A stretch of DNA of 64,000 nt. Source: Sphagnum compactum (lineage: Eukaryota). The first letter of the stretch is position 1. Each line of letters begins with the position of its first letter. Shown here in pieces: positions 1 to 12,665 of the stretch. Made by a program: the position numbers and the translations under genes. Location: NCBI GenBank assembly GCA_965153455.1, contig OZ234493.1:26030213-26094212 (forward strand), given 5' to 3'. Under the pieces are notes generated by a model. The model was not told where the DNA came from. It ran no database searches and was given only the letters and a program-made list of their open reading frames with translations.

Positions 1-74
1 TACATTGGGAATAAATTTTCCAAAGCAAAAAAAAAGCCCATCATGACCCCACACACACGCACGCACACACAAAC

Positions 75-166
75 CTGCCGATAAGCTGAAGAAACTGCGA
101 CATGCCATTGCAGTATGTGGTCTTGCCGGATCCTGGAGGACCGATCACCAACTGTCCGAACACCAT
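75..166 (-). CDS. GPN2: GPN-loop GTPase 2 (QQT1-like), first coding exon; gene continues off the left edge
   Basis: ATG at 166 gives [31 protein letters not shown] (P-loop GPPGSGKT, typical GPN2 N-terminus), followed by a GT donor at 74-73. Confidence 0.9.
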
Positions 167-289
167 CGAATCCTCTTGCAAACCTTCACTGTGTGTGTGT
201 GTGTGTCTCTGTGTGTATTTGTCTCGCTTCTTCTTCAAACCAATACAGAGCTCTTGCTTTCCCTCTTCTCTGCAACAACTTCAAACCTT

Positions 290-332
290 AAACCCTAATA
301 CCAAGAGCACAGCTGAAAACCGTAAACCCTAA
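290..332 (+). promoter_or_regulatory. Two telo-box motifs (AAACCCTAA) between GPN2 and tRNA-Ser
   Basis: AAACCCTAA at 290-298 and 324-332. Telo-boxes are known in plant housekeeping promoters, but the motif is also common in this genome. Confidence 0.4.
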
Positions 333-376
333 TGAATAACCAAAAAATACTTAGAGTTACTATATGTCAGCATCAA

Positions 377-458
377 GTCGCTTTGGCCGAGTGGTTAAGG
401 CGTGTGCCTGCTAAGTACATGGGGTTTCCCCGCGAGAGTTCGAATCTCTCAGGCGACG
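377..458 (+). tRNA. tRNA-Ser (anticodon GCT), intronless
   Basis: GTCGCTT acceptor stem pairs with AGGCGAC; A box TGGCCGAGTGG; anticodon loop CT-GCT-AA; long variable arm GGGGTTTCCCC; B box GTTCGAATC; discriminator G; CAA just upstream and a T-run near 491. Confidence 0.96.
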
Positions 459-3379
459 AATGAAGACTAATGAAAAAAAAGCGCACTCTCTTTTTATTCT
501 GTCATCTAATAACGAAGATGAATGAAAAGGAAACGGAATCTTTTTCTGTATGCAAATAACTACCATTGAACTAGAAGCAGTGTTGGGTTGGTAGTGGGTA
601 CCCGGTTTGGCTTGTTAGTCAAAAGAGAAGACTAGAACAAGGGGGCTAACCAGAGGGTAACCAGCAGTTAACCAACTATTCTTTGTTGAACAATGGGAGA
701 AGAGGGAGAGGTTATGCATCTGGAGAGATGAGGGTAGGGCCAATCAAAAGCTTGAAAAGCTCAAAATACAAGATAATGGATTAACTTTAATTAGTTGCTG
801 AATGGTAAAATTTTGTTCCCACCCAATCTCTAGCATTGGGGAGTGTGTGTAATGTGTACATGGAAATGGACCTCGCTTTTGAACTAGGTTCAAAAGTTCT
901 TGAACTTGAAAAAATGTGCTCGAATTGAAATCGAGGAGTTTAAAAATTGGGAGAACCAAGCTCAAACCCCTACCCGAAGAACCTCCAAACAAATTTAAAA
1001 CAGAACTGAGATTGAAGGGTTCTCTTAAAAAAGAACAACAACACAACACCGGTTATATGTGCTAATCCCTCTGATCAACCTACTTCTCAAGGAAACAAAA
1101 ACTTGATATGGTGAACATTTGAGTTCCTTTCAGCTCTCCCGAGGAAATCATATGAATCCAAAAGAATTGGTCCAACACCATGTATAATATTGACCTCTAA
1201 TTCCAGTTTCTCACAGAATACCAAGGGTTCTGTTTGTGATAAGACATTTATCTACGAAGATAGTTTGTTTGTTTATCATGTCGAGATCTTCCAAACCATG
1301 GTGCCTCTTGCCACACTCTTGGTAGAGTCAGAAAGCCTTCGATGAGTAAGGGTGCACCAAGTTGGTTTCATAACCTCTCAACCTATGGTGAAAAAGTTAT
1401 TGAATGTTGAACAATTTTTTCATTGAAAATTCATTCAAATCAAAACTAAAATTATAGGGGAATTTGGGCACACTCATGGTATTTTTGGAAAGCCCTCAGT
1501 GAGTAGGATTTAATGAAGGTGAAAAAAGTTAGACCTAAGGTTCAGGAGATTTTTAATTTTGAGTAATTTTTGTTATAGGAAATTCAATTAAATTACAAAA
1601 CATGGTTTTGGAAAATTTATGTAGTTAGGTAACTCAGCTATACTAGTTATGGTTTGTATGAGGCTGTAGTTGGGTTCAAATGAGGATATGTGAACCCTAA
1701 ACCCTAAACCTTCCAAAAGAATTACAGATCTTCAAGTCCACAAAAGTTAAGGTATCTTCAAGTGCTCAAAAGTTAAGGTAAAGTCCACATAACATGAGCT
1801 ATCAAGTCCAAATGCCTCCCTTGCTTTTGCTTTGCCTGTTAGGTGCTCTCATCGTTTCCTTGCAACAAGCAGCCACCCAGCAGGCATCAATGAAAAAGGA
1901 AGCTGCAAAACCCAACTTCATGTTCCAGGAGATAAAAGAAGCAGCATCACAAGAGCAAGAAAGTTCAAAACCATTCAAGCATCTGAAAAACAGAGTACCC
2001 AACAGTCAATACAGAGTACTTACCATACACACAGCAGTGATTCTGCTGAGATGGTAGCTTCAGGCAATGATGTGCATTATGGGTGTAGCAGACATCAGTG
2101 ACATCTCAATATTACTTTCAGTGACATCTGTTGAATTTATGGAAATCAATTGACTGCTCGATACAAATCAGAGCACACAATCTCTGCAGCAGAAACTGTT
2201 GGCTGCAACTGACCAGGTAGTCACGGCATTGGCAGCAGCACTCATCGTTGCATTTCATTGCACGCTCCATCCCTCCCTAGGAAATCTGAAGGTCTTGGAA
2301 CCTGAATCAACTACCAATAAAAAACTAAGAAGACAAGGATCAATTGCTTTGTGACTGGGAAAAAGGTTTGAGTTCATTTGTCTATGATGTGACAGCTACT
2401 GTCACCACAATCCATTGATCATCCTCTCTCACAATAGTAACACATGACAATGCACAAGTCTGAACATTATTAGGATACAAAGCATACACATGTTTGCCAA
2501 TAAGGTGAACCAGGGGAAGCTTTCTCCCATAGGCGAGGGAGCGGTCACAAGGGAATTCCTGTCACAAAGCTCTCTTGGAGTCCCATTAAACCCTAATTAG
2601 ACCTTACAATCTTACCCAACCTTTTATGAGCCAAAAGTACAGGAGAAATGAATGGGTGCAGGAGCAAAAGTTCATATATCTGTACAGAACCGCAAACACA
2701 GATAGAGAGAGAGGGTGATCTCTCACTCTTCAAACTCCATGAGAAAACACTGTCGAAGCAGAAACACACTTGTACTTAAAAAGCTGTGAATCTGACAATC
2801 TCCAGAAACAATTCACTTAACTGTCAGAGTAGAAGCTTGGTACGTGCTTGCTCTGAAAGCAGCTCAAATGTAATAATAGTTTCCTACACTATCTATAACT
2901 CTATCTGCTTGCAACATCTTGTGAAACTGTGCTGCCATGTATCTGTTTTGCAGTGAGAATTCAGAGAGAAGTGAATACACTTCATACTCTGACTTCTTCA
3001 GATGCGCTGGAAATTCTACACCAGTATTGAAGGAAACATCTGCTTCACTGTCTGGTACTGGTGGTGGTCCATACAGCTTCTTCTTCCACAATACTTCCAG
3101 TGATCTTATCTCTCTCTCTCTCTCTCTCTGTGTCTGCTTCTCTTCCTCTTGTTACATGCAATGCCCACATCACCATCCCTTTTGAGCATTGACTCCATTA
3201 CCCTCCAAACCTAAGCTTACTGCATATGGGTGGGCTATGTCCTTCTGCAAAACCCTAAGTCACAACAGGTTTGCACCCAAATGCATTCCTCCTTTCCTCT
3301 CTTGTGCTCAGAGCTTCACAAGAGGATAGAGACAATCTTCATCACCTTCAAACAATTGCAGAATTTCCCCAAGCTGTTG

Positions 3380-4390
3380 TCAAAGCTCTCCAGTTCCCAC
3401 AGGTTTGCGTGACTCATCTCCTGAAGCCCATGCATAGTAGTCCTTGCCAAGCTGAGTAAGGAAGCGAGGCAACAAGACTTTGAGCAATTGAGACAACACT
3501 TTGTTGCCGGTTCCTTCAATAGCTTTGACAGGCAAAGCTCGAAATGCGAAGGGGACTTCAATGCTCACCTCAATTGTGGTGTCTGAAACCAGCCGTCGAG
3601 AGGAAGGGGAGGAGAGATCACTCACAGTCCAAGAGACTTTGTTGGACATACTTGCAGAGAATTTTTTGTTCTGTGCCACCACAATGGGAGAGCCTTCCAA
3701 GGTACAAGAAAGAAGACGAATGCAGCAACCATCTGGTTGCTCTTCCACAGCCACCAACAACACAGGTCCAACTTCGAAGGAAAAGAATTTCAGCCGATGC
3801 ACATAGCACTTGAACATTGTGTCATCCACTCTCTCTATGCGCTCTGCATCCAGCACAGAATACTGGCTTGCCGGCAAGCTCATGTACTCTGCAAGAGGCC
3901 GTTGCATCTCCTCAATGTCATGTGTTTCCACTCGCCTTGCACTCAGCTTCGCTCTGGGCTTCGAGTCCTCATCCCTGGACGCCGTCTGCTGTACTACTGT
4001 TGTTCCTTCTCCATTGCTGCTGTCAGTCGCCTCTGAAACACGTGCAAGCACAAGACTCCGCTCCAACTCTCTCTTCTTCTGTCGCCGCTGCTTACTCTCG
4101 TAGCTTCCGAATCCTCCTCCCCCAACCTGCTGCTGCTGCTTCCCGCATCTCAAACCCTTACAACCACCCTGCGCAACATAAGGAGGTAAGCGGCAAGAGA
4201 CCAAACCCTCATCATCATCATCTCTTCTGCAATCAAACCTTTCTGATGTTCTTGCTCTCGAGCATTGAAGGAAGAACGTTTGCAACTTGTGTGATGGTCT
4301 TCTATCCTTTGCGCACCCGTCCGAGAGCTTTCGTGATAGCGCAACAACAGACGACGACGCCGGAGACAAGGGCAAATACGATTGCGCCAT
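3380..4390 (-). CDS. DUF1997 family protein, intronless CDS, probable plastid transit peptide
   Basis: 336-aa ORF. RPLAEYMSLPASQYSVLDAERIERVDD...LLSCTLEGSPIVVAQN...LLPRFLTQLGKDY resembles plant DUF1997 proteins; the N-terminus is Ser/Arg-rich. Confidence 0.85.
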   Translation of the reverse strand: MAQSYLPLSPASSSVVALSRKLSDGCAKDRRPSHKLQTFFLQCSRARTSERFDCRRDDDDEGLVSCRLPPYVAQGGCKGLRCGKQQQQVGGGGFGSYESKQRRQKKRELERSLVLARVSEATDSSNGEGTTVVQQTASRDEDSKPRAKLSARRVETHDIEEMQRPLAEYMSLPASQYSVLDAERIERVDDTMFKCYVHRLKFFSFEVGPVLLVAVEEQPDGCCIRLLSCTLEGSPIVVAQNKKFSASMSNKVSWTVSDLSSPSSRRLVSDTTIEVSIEVPFAFRALPVKAIEGTGNKVLSQLLKVLLPRFLTQLGKDYYAWASGDESRKPVGTGEL

Positions 4391-4800
4391 CGAAAGCCCC
4401 TCGACTCATGCCCTCCGGCCGGTCCCCGCCTCTCCTCTCTTCTCTCTCTCTCTTACAACTGTTCTCTGTTCATTTTCTCTGTCTGTTCTGATGAAAATCC
4501 TTCGACGTCAAAGGAAAATTTCTATCAAAACATTGTGCTCAAGAATCACGATGTTCAGACGGAGCGAAGAGAGGAGGAAAGGAGAGGAGGAGGAGAGAGA
4601 GATACTCGGTCCAGGAAGAAGTGTGGCCGACTGCCGCTTGAGAAGCGGATCGGCCTGCGATCGGCCACAAAACCTGGCAGGCGGAAAATCCCGACGATCG
4701 GCTCGGACGCACCCGGCCGACGTCCGCCTGCCACTGTAGCTCCCCTTCCGGCCTGCCCACGAACTGCGGCGCTCCGTTTAGCACTCTGCCCGAGTCTACG

Positions 4801-5235
4801 AGTTTCATCGTTCAGCTTCGTGCTCCAGCGTGCTCACCTGCCTGCATTCCATAGCCATTTTCTCACTGTGCACACTACATAGTTTCACCGTTCACCTTCG
4901 TGCTCCAGCGTGCTCACCTGCCTACATTCCATAGCCATTTTCTCACTGCACACAATACAGGTTCACCGTTCACCTTTGTGCTCCAGCATGCTCACCTGCC
5001 TGCATTCCATAGCCATTTTCTCACTGCACACAATACAGGTTCACCGTTCACCTTTGTGCTCCAGCATGCTCACCTGCCTGCATTCCATATCCATCTTCTC
5101 ACGGCACACAATACAGGCTCTGTGTTTCTCAAAAAAATTCTTTGGATCACATTTTCTTCTGTCTTTCTCACTGCACACAATACAGGCACTGTGTTTCTCA
5201 AAAAAAATTCTTTGAACCACATTTTTTTCTGTCGT
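4801..5235 (+). repeat. Minisatellite: about four 78-80 bp units, then two related ~70 bp units
   Basis: Unit GTTCACCGTTCACCTTTGTGCTCCAGCATGCTCACCTGCCTGCATTCCATAGCCATTTTCTCACTGCACACAATACAG starts near 4801, 4881, 4959 and 5037. Confidence 0.9.
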
Positions 5236-5242
5236 TCTCACC

Positions 5243-6040
5243 ATGGAACCTTCTCAAGAGCCAAGTTTCCTGACCCAGATGATGATCGGTTCAAGCTCTT
5301 CACTTCCCTTGTCCATTGTGCCTCACACAGCACCTCCAGCTCCACTCAAATCCAAGAGAGATTGGAAAGACGATTCCGCAGCATTGTTGATGGATTTGTT
5401 TGAGGAGAAGTTTCTTGCCAATAGCATGAACAGCTTGACAACAACAAGAAATTTTATTGAGGATTGAGGAGGCATTTCCATTGACCCCTCCGCGCACTTG
5501 GGCGGAACAAATTTAATCAATTGAAACAGGAGAATGGAGAATCCGGCGCAGGTCAATGCAAATGGCCATGGTTTGAGCGATGTTTACCGATTTGGGGCAA
5601 GACTGCCAAGGCTTGTGGCACTGCTGGAGGCATGGACAATGGTGTTCCAATTGATTCGCTGGGTGGATCTGCGCAAGAGCCTGTCAACTTGGAGGAGACT
5701 GAAGAACATGATGCTCCTCCTTCTCCAGACAGACAAGTTCCTCCATTTGCAAGCAACTCTTTTCAAGTCAGTAAGACTCCACCCACACCGAGGTCAGCAG
5801 CTTGCAAGAAGCCAGGGGTGGACGGTAAGCTAAACAAGAGACGTAAGAGGTTAAGTGATGGATCTGTTGGCTCTTGCAGAGGCATTATCCAAATTTGCAG
5901 AGTCTTCTGCAAGATTGAGGCCATGAAAATTAAACTACAAAAGGAAATTGCTTTGAAAACTATGGAAAATCAACTTGCTATGGCTCGGATGTTTGCAGAA
6001 GTTATGCGTGGTAGTGGTAGTGGAAGTGGTGGTGGCAATG
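5243..6040 (+). pseudogene. Decayed Myb/SANT-like (trihelix-type) DNA-binding ORF, possibly derived from PIF/Harbinger ORF1
   Basis: RDWKDDSAALLMDLFEEKF, then a frameshift and stop, then RNKFNQLKQE...KWPWFERCLPIWG and a C-terminal coiled coil KIEAMKIKLQKEIALKTMENQLAMARMF. Confidence 0.6.
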
Positions 6041-6949
6041 GGCAGAGGAATTTGTTTTTAAGAAATTGCGTAGAGGGCAGCGAGAGAAAATTTGATGGAG
6101 GAGCTAAAAAGGTAGGCAGACTATTTGTGCATGTGCGCATTTTGTCTGCCGGCCTCCCTTTCTGCCAGCGAATTTCAAGGAGCCCAGGCAGAAGCCAGGG
6201 TTTTCATAATCATGTGCCCAAGAGAGAGAGAGAAGGGTGGGGAGAGATGCCATAGCCAGTTACCGCACAAATCTTGGCCAATTCATTAGGCGTGGTAGGG
6301 TTCTACTGTCGTTCCTGGACTTGCGCTCTTCAGAGAGACGATGATGCTGCATTCTTCTTCGACGACGATGCTGGATTCTTCTGATGATGCCGTGTTCTTC
6401 CTTCCGTTGGCGCAAGATGAGTTTAATCTGCAGATCGCCGATCTTCATCATCTTCTTCTACTTGCTTGCCGCAAGGAAGTAGGCAGTAGTTTGAGAATCA
6501 AGCTTTTTTAATTTTCTTAAGCTCCGTTGCAAAGACTTTATCATGGGTGTTGCGTTTTTTCGGCTCCTCTTTCTTTCGACTCATTATTGCAGGAATTCAG
6601 AAATTTTTGTTTTGCTCCCTGCTGTTGTTTTACTACTGCTGCAATGGGAGAAAGAAGAAGAGTCTTCACACCATCTTCTTCTTCACACCTCTGATGTGAG
6701 CAGCTTGCATCATCATATTTCTCTAGGAAGATCATCTTCAAATCTTTCTAAGAATGGCGGAAAAAGAAGGCAGCTTTTCAGATTGTGTTGTGGGAAAAGG
6801 TTTGACAACTTGGTCGAGAAGCGAAAAGACCCGCGCGCACGCGCGCACACAGAACCGAATTCCAATTCTGAAATGCTGAGAGCTCGAATTTGTTGACCTA
6901 CATTGCAATTGGGGAAGCTTGTTGTTTGCACATCAAGCACACTGTCTGC

Positions 6950-7310
6950 GTATTAGGGTTTCTTGTGAAGATGGTGCACTTGAGGATCGAACACTGGCTG
7001 TAATTAGGGTTTCTTTGGCCTTGGGCATCAAACACTCTGCAAATTAGGGTTTCTTATGAAGCTGGCATTGTACACTCCGCAAATTAGGGTTTCTTGCGAA
7101 GATGGCCTTGCGTGCCAAACATTTTCTACAAATTGAAGATGGCCTTGCACCTCAAACATTCTATACAAATTAGGGTTTTCTTGGCCTTGTCCATCAAACA
7201 TTTTGCAAATTAGGGTTTTCTTGGCCTTGTCCATCAAACATTTTGCAAATTAGGGTTTTTTTGGCCTTGTGCATCAACATTTTGCAAATTAGGGTTTTTT
7301 TGGCCTTTTG
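6950..7310 (+). repeat. Degenerate ~40-bp tandem repeat containing TTAGGGTTT
   Basis: TTTGCAAATTAGGGTTTTCTTGGCCTTGTCCATCAAACAT repeated several times with decay. Confidence 0.85.
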
Positions 7311-9204
7311 AGATGAAAGATACAGCTTGAATATCATTGAACATTTTTGTTTGTTGGGTTGTTCTATTGCAAACGAAATTGAAAAAGTTGTTGGGTTGAA
7401 ACATATGACAAAAGAAGCTTTGATTGTCCAAAATGGGTGTGAGGACACACATGGTTTTGATGAAATCAATGAAACTATGGTTGCAATATTTGATGGAGAA
7501 ATAATGAGTATCATGCTACATGATTCAAGCAAATGAATATGAAAATTATTTTTGGTTTTCTTACTAGCATAATGGATTTGTTCAAAGAGATAATTTTTTC
7601 TAAATTTAGAAATGAAAATGTTTGAATGTCCACATTGATGGGTAGGTATTAGTTAGTTAGACTTGGAATAGGTAGGGATGAATGACATAGACATACATAC
7701 ATCATTTTTTTAATTATATAGATTGATTAATTGCCCAATGCCTATGCAAAGATAATTTAAACCATGTCATATAATGTGAAATTCAACTATATTTACATTC
7801 CAATAATTCAAAAGCTTTTACAAACTTTCAATATCTCTTTGAAGTGTTATTTACATCTTCTTAAACTTATAAAATCGACTTTGATTTTCAACTACAGTGC
7901 CAACTAATGAGGATTCTCAAGTGACATTTTTAACCTCCTCCAATCACACCATGAAGACCTTCCTAACTTCCTTTGCTAATTTATTGTGGACCTTCTCAAA
8001 CTTTCAAGATTTCAAATTCTTTCCTAAGTTTGCAGTGTTGAAAATAGACAAGCTTACTTTCTGATAAAAGTAGAGCAATGGAGTCAATTTCCCAGTCAAA
8101 ATAGAGGGCACCTTATAAGTAGTATAAACTATAAGTAGTTATCTGGTTATAGAATGCTTTCCTAATTGTCTTGAAGACTATATATAATTGTCAAATTGAT
8201 AACCATACTATTGGACTCTATACATGTTTCACCTAAACCAAGTAGATTTATATGGTTACTGGAATGCATATTCCTTCTAGAGAAGACAAAGAATCTTGCA
8301 CCTACTATTTAGGAATAGGAGTGATCTTACACCTACCAACAAGTGTACGACCCTTCCCACTCATAAATACTACTCATTAGATACCTTCCACTCTTAAGAC
8401 TTCAAGATCGATATATGCCAAGGCTGATGATAAGGTTCATCTTATTCTTTGCAATGGTTGAAGACACATGGGTGGGGGACATTCCGAATTTGTGGGGCCA
8501 GACTCAGTGACCTGCTCACCATAGGACCCTTGTTTTCAGAAAGTCCCCACCCTGGAGGCTTCATCCTACACAGAATTGTCAATATGCATAAAACCACAAC
8601 CATCTAATGGCAAAAGGACGCAAACAAGGACCCTCCAAATTCATGAAATCTAATGCTCAATTTCCAGCTCTATAACCCTAAACCAACCAGGAAATCACTA
8701 CAATCATCAAAATAGATCACATTCAAGAATGATCACGGTCACCAGAATCACCCAGAGTAACAGATACACAATACCCATCTCTGGGTATAGTTGCTATGGT
8801 TGTATACAAGTGATAAAAAGTACAGTTCACACACAGCAAGTGGCGCATGCATTCATGTATATTACAATACCTAGAGAGCTAAGCTAATCAGCTCAAGGTC
8901 TTCATAATAAACACTACGGGATAATATCCACATACACCCGCAACACATCTGCGCACATCTGATGCTAACAGCAGCAACAACAACAGTGCCAAATACAAAA
9001 AGTCCCAAGTTCACAGTAGACCAAGCCAAAGGCAATCATGTCCATCATGAGCTTATTCAGCAATGGGAAGCTTCTGTTTTTGTTGCAAGGTGAAATCTGG
9101 CTTCTTTTAGTTCCTATGTCTGTAGCATAATTAAACAATTGTGCAGTGACACACACCCAACTCCTCACACTGCAAGTCAAGACCCACAACAAAACCTTGG
9201 ATCA

Positions 9205-11790
9205 TCACACTGTGAGTGATTCTGGCTGAATTTGCATGAGCTGCATCTTGTTCTCAACTTGGGAAGAGGTTGCTGGAATCTCTAGTGGAAACCGAGTGTG
9301 CTCTTCCAGGAGACGTAACACTTGCTCATCAGCAGCACGTGGTGGTACTTCCTGTTCAATGCTGGCATAGTTGACCAAAATCTTCAAAACTGCCTGTCTC
9401 TCAGGCATGCTGAGGATTGCACCTTTTGCTCTGATACACAATGATGCTGCTGCAGCTGTGCCAAAATCCAATTTTCCCAGCAGTTTACAGTCAAGATTTG
9501 ATGCAAATGATTGTGCCAATCTTTTCAGAAATGTTCAGGAATCTCACCAAGAAGAGTTTGTCAAGTAGCCTGAGTACTGAGAGATCTGAATCAGAATCCA
9601 ATTCCCACAGATTCCAGGATGATCCATGACAACTCCCAATCTGAACAGTACAAATGCCAAGAGTAGGTAGGGGAAAAAATACCTGCAAATCTCAAGGCTC
9701 CACTGGGTGACTGATGCTCAATAAGAGCCACAGCATACGCAGCTGTAAAGGCATCACTGGCACCTGTAGTGTCAACCATGACTGGAGGCTGAATGGCATG
9801 CTGAATCAGTGGAGGCCCATCTTGTGGAACTAGAACTGCGCCTTTTCCACCCAGCTTCACCAAAACATTCCTAACACCCTGCAACGACACAGCCAACATG
9901 TTTCATCACTAGTAAGTCATGGGAAAATTGTTCTTTTAGGTCTATTGGTTTGGGAAACAAGGCAAGCAAAGCAAGCCCATCATCTATCTACCATGATTTA
10001 GAACTCATGAAATATTAGCAGAGCAAGAAGGTATTATTGCACGCCACAAATGCAATTCCTCCAAAACAGATACACTTAGGAACTGCTGGCAAAGAAGAAC
10101 CATACCATCAGTTGGATCTTGGCAGCAGCTTTGATAACTTGCTCCCATGTGTTTATTGGCATCCCTGTTAGGCGTGCCACCTCCAACTCATTGGCACTCA
10201 GGACTGTGACACATTTGAGGAGCTCTTGAGGAATTGGGGTCCCAGTGCCCCCTGCATCCAAGATTACAGGAACGTTTGCACTCCGTGCAATCTGCAAACA
10301 TATCCTGCTAGATTAGGTCACATTCGGATGCTGCTCACAAACTTGAAGACATGTGACACAGTCAGATACTGAAAAAAGGGGCAAGAATTTTCACCCAGTC
10401 CCACAACAAGCTCTAGTCTATTGCTGGTCAAATGAGTCTGCCTTGAAAACAAGGTTTCAAGACTTCAGAATCAGAATCCATCCGGAACAAAAACAGACAA
10501 GACTCCCTGTTGCAAGAAACCACAAGAAAGCAGAAGAAGAGAAAAAGAATGTTGCAACAACCAGTTTGGGCTCCCTTTTATTTTTTGAAGGTAAGAAAGT
10601 ATGGACAATTGACCCGAATAGCACCTTTGCTGCCTCCATGTTGACACTATCTGGAACCTCCCGCTGCAAAAGCACAGCACCTGCCCGCCGTATTAATTGT
10701 TGTACAGTGGTCGTCAGCCGATTGATGCCATCTGCTAAGCGTGGCCAAGACACATTTGCTCCTTGCACAACAACAGTTGATCTTTTTCCTCCTGGTTGTA
10801 GCATCACCAATGCATGACCAGTCGGACCTTTCACCATGTTCATATGGTCCAAGCGCACTCCAGCAGACAACAGTGCATCTCGCACCAGACTGGCATGTCC
10901 ATCCTTCCCAACCTGGATACCAGATGCCCCAAAAACTGCAGTTGTAGGACTTTAGGAGGAAATGTACACTTTTGTCACTGGAGAGAACTGGACACCCATC
11001 ACACAAGACCCAGATTTCTAGGGATTTCACATACACCAAACAAAAGAGAGCAAGAATACAAATTCACTAAGCTAGTATGAGGAATCATGCACCATGAAGG
11101 ACACATGATGGACATCTCTCTACAATGGAATTGTGCACCCTAAAGAACCGATGTGGCACATCCCTGTACAATGCAATCATGCATCAGGACAGATGATGAT
11201 GATGCACATCTTCATTGTAGAAAAGACATATACAGTTTAATCCCCAATCTTGTCAGAGTACTGCATCTGAATCTGGTAGAAAGAAAAACTTCAAGCAAAC
11301 CCAATGCATGTGTTGTTGACCACTGCCACACCAAGCTTAGACAATGGGTATTCACATACCTTGAAGGAAAGGGTAAAAGACATAATGGGTGCCATTGCTT
11401 TTGGTAATCCTTCAAAGGAAAAGACTATTTCACCAAGCAAAATCACAGAAGATTTTTGGCAACAGCAACAGTGGAAGTTTTGAGCTTAAGAAGACATCAT
11501 CTCTCAAGTCTAGGTCTGTCTAGAGAAGCAGAGACATGGGGGTGTCTGATACTGGCAAGGAGGAAGAGGAGGAGGAGGAGGAGGAGGAGAGCATTCCATA
11601 CCTGACCAACGAAGTAGGTGGGGTATGACAAGCGAGCCGCACAAGAAGCTTGATTGGCACCTTTCCCACCAGCGAAAGTCTGGCCGCTCTTAGCAACAAT
11701 CCGTTCACCTTCCTTGGGGAGAGTGTCGACCTCTACGAAGATATCGGCATTGGCTGATCCGACCACAACCAAGGGAGCGCTGAGCGTCAT
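9205..11790 (-). CDS. RBSK: Ribokinase-like pfkB carbohydrate kinase, 5 exons (11790-11602, 10912-10625, 10291-10106, 9878-9683, 9455-9205), 369 aa
   Basis: GSANAD, GGKGANQA, GAN, LLQREVP, NELE, VDTTGASDAF and FAAAAASLC motifs. All introns are GT-AG and the frame is consistent (1110 nt). Confidence 0.88.
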
Positions 11791-12627
11791 CTTGTTCTTG
11801 TTCTTCCTTCTTCACGTACCCTTCTTTACCGAAGAAGAGGGGTTGTTGGGTTTCCCGGTCTTGAGTTCCGATTCCGAAAATCCAACGCAAGTGGGACGAT
11901 GGGTCCGGCGCCCACGAGAGACCCAAATCACAAAAGGAGTGAGTGGGTTGTTGTTGTTGTGGGAATGCTTCTGTTTATGTGGCACCTGGAATAGCGAAGT
12001 TCTGGGAAGCTGCTGCTGCTGCTACGACAGGTGAAGGAATTGGCATTCTTGGTATATGGAAACGAAGAAGAAGAGTCAGGAAAAAAAATGCCAAGAAGAC
12101 TCCGCAACGCCACAAAACTATAGAGGGCTGCTAAGATCAAAACTGAACGCAGAAGAGGAGAACGACGATGCAGCAGAGAAAATGTTGGGTTCTTACGAGA
12201 GCAAGGGAAAATGATCGTGAACTATAGAAGATGATGCGCAATTGGAACGTCCAGGGACAGCGGGAGAAAACCGGTGCGTTCGAACTTCCCAAACACAACA
12301 ACAACAACACAAGCGCGCAGTTGCTCAGAGAAAACACAAAGAACAACAAGACCCAGTTCTTCTACAAGGACCAAAATTCTTCTTCTTCTCCTTCTATCTT
12401 CCTGCACACTACCCTCGTGATCAGTTGTTTCCCACCACCACCAGCACTACTACTACTGCTACTGCTACTGCGACAACTAAAAAGTACAGTTGATCTTGTG
12501 GCCTCAGACTCAGCTCTGCGCACAAACAACCCAACAAACCAGACACAAACTTATAGAGCTTTGAACAGAGCGAGGAGTCGTAGCACGCAGGAGGAGGCCC
12601 ACCCAACAACCCAACCAGGTCCAAGGT

Positions 12628-12629
<2 letters not shown>

Positions 12630-12665
<36 letters not shown>

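Noticed and set aside
459-560. Dicistronic tRNA-snoRNA downstream of tRNA-Ser
   Set aside because: A T-run terminator follows within about 35 nt and no C/D box pair is present.
2864-3091. 75-aa ORF downstream of DUF1997
   Set aside because: Non-ATG start, no recognisable motif, and it lies in probable 3'UTR or intron sequence.
4801-5120. Regular 78-bp array as a CRISPR-like locus
   Set aside because: Units repeat end to end with no unique spacers, there are no cas genes, and the context is eukaryotic. It is a minisatellite.
6950-7310. Interstitial telomere array
   Set aside because: TTAGGG occurs once per ~40-bp unit, not as tandem TTTAGGG.
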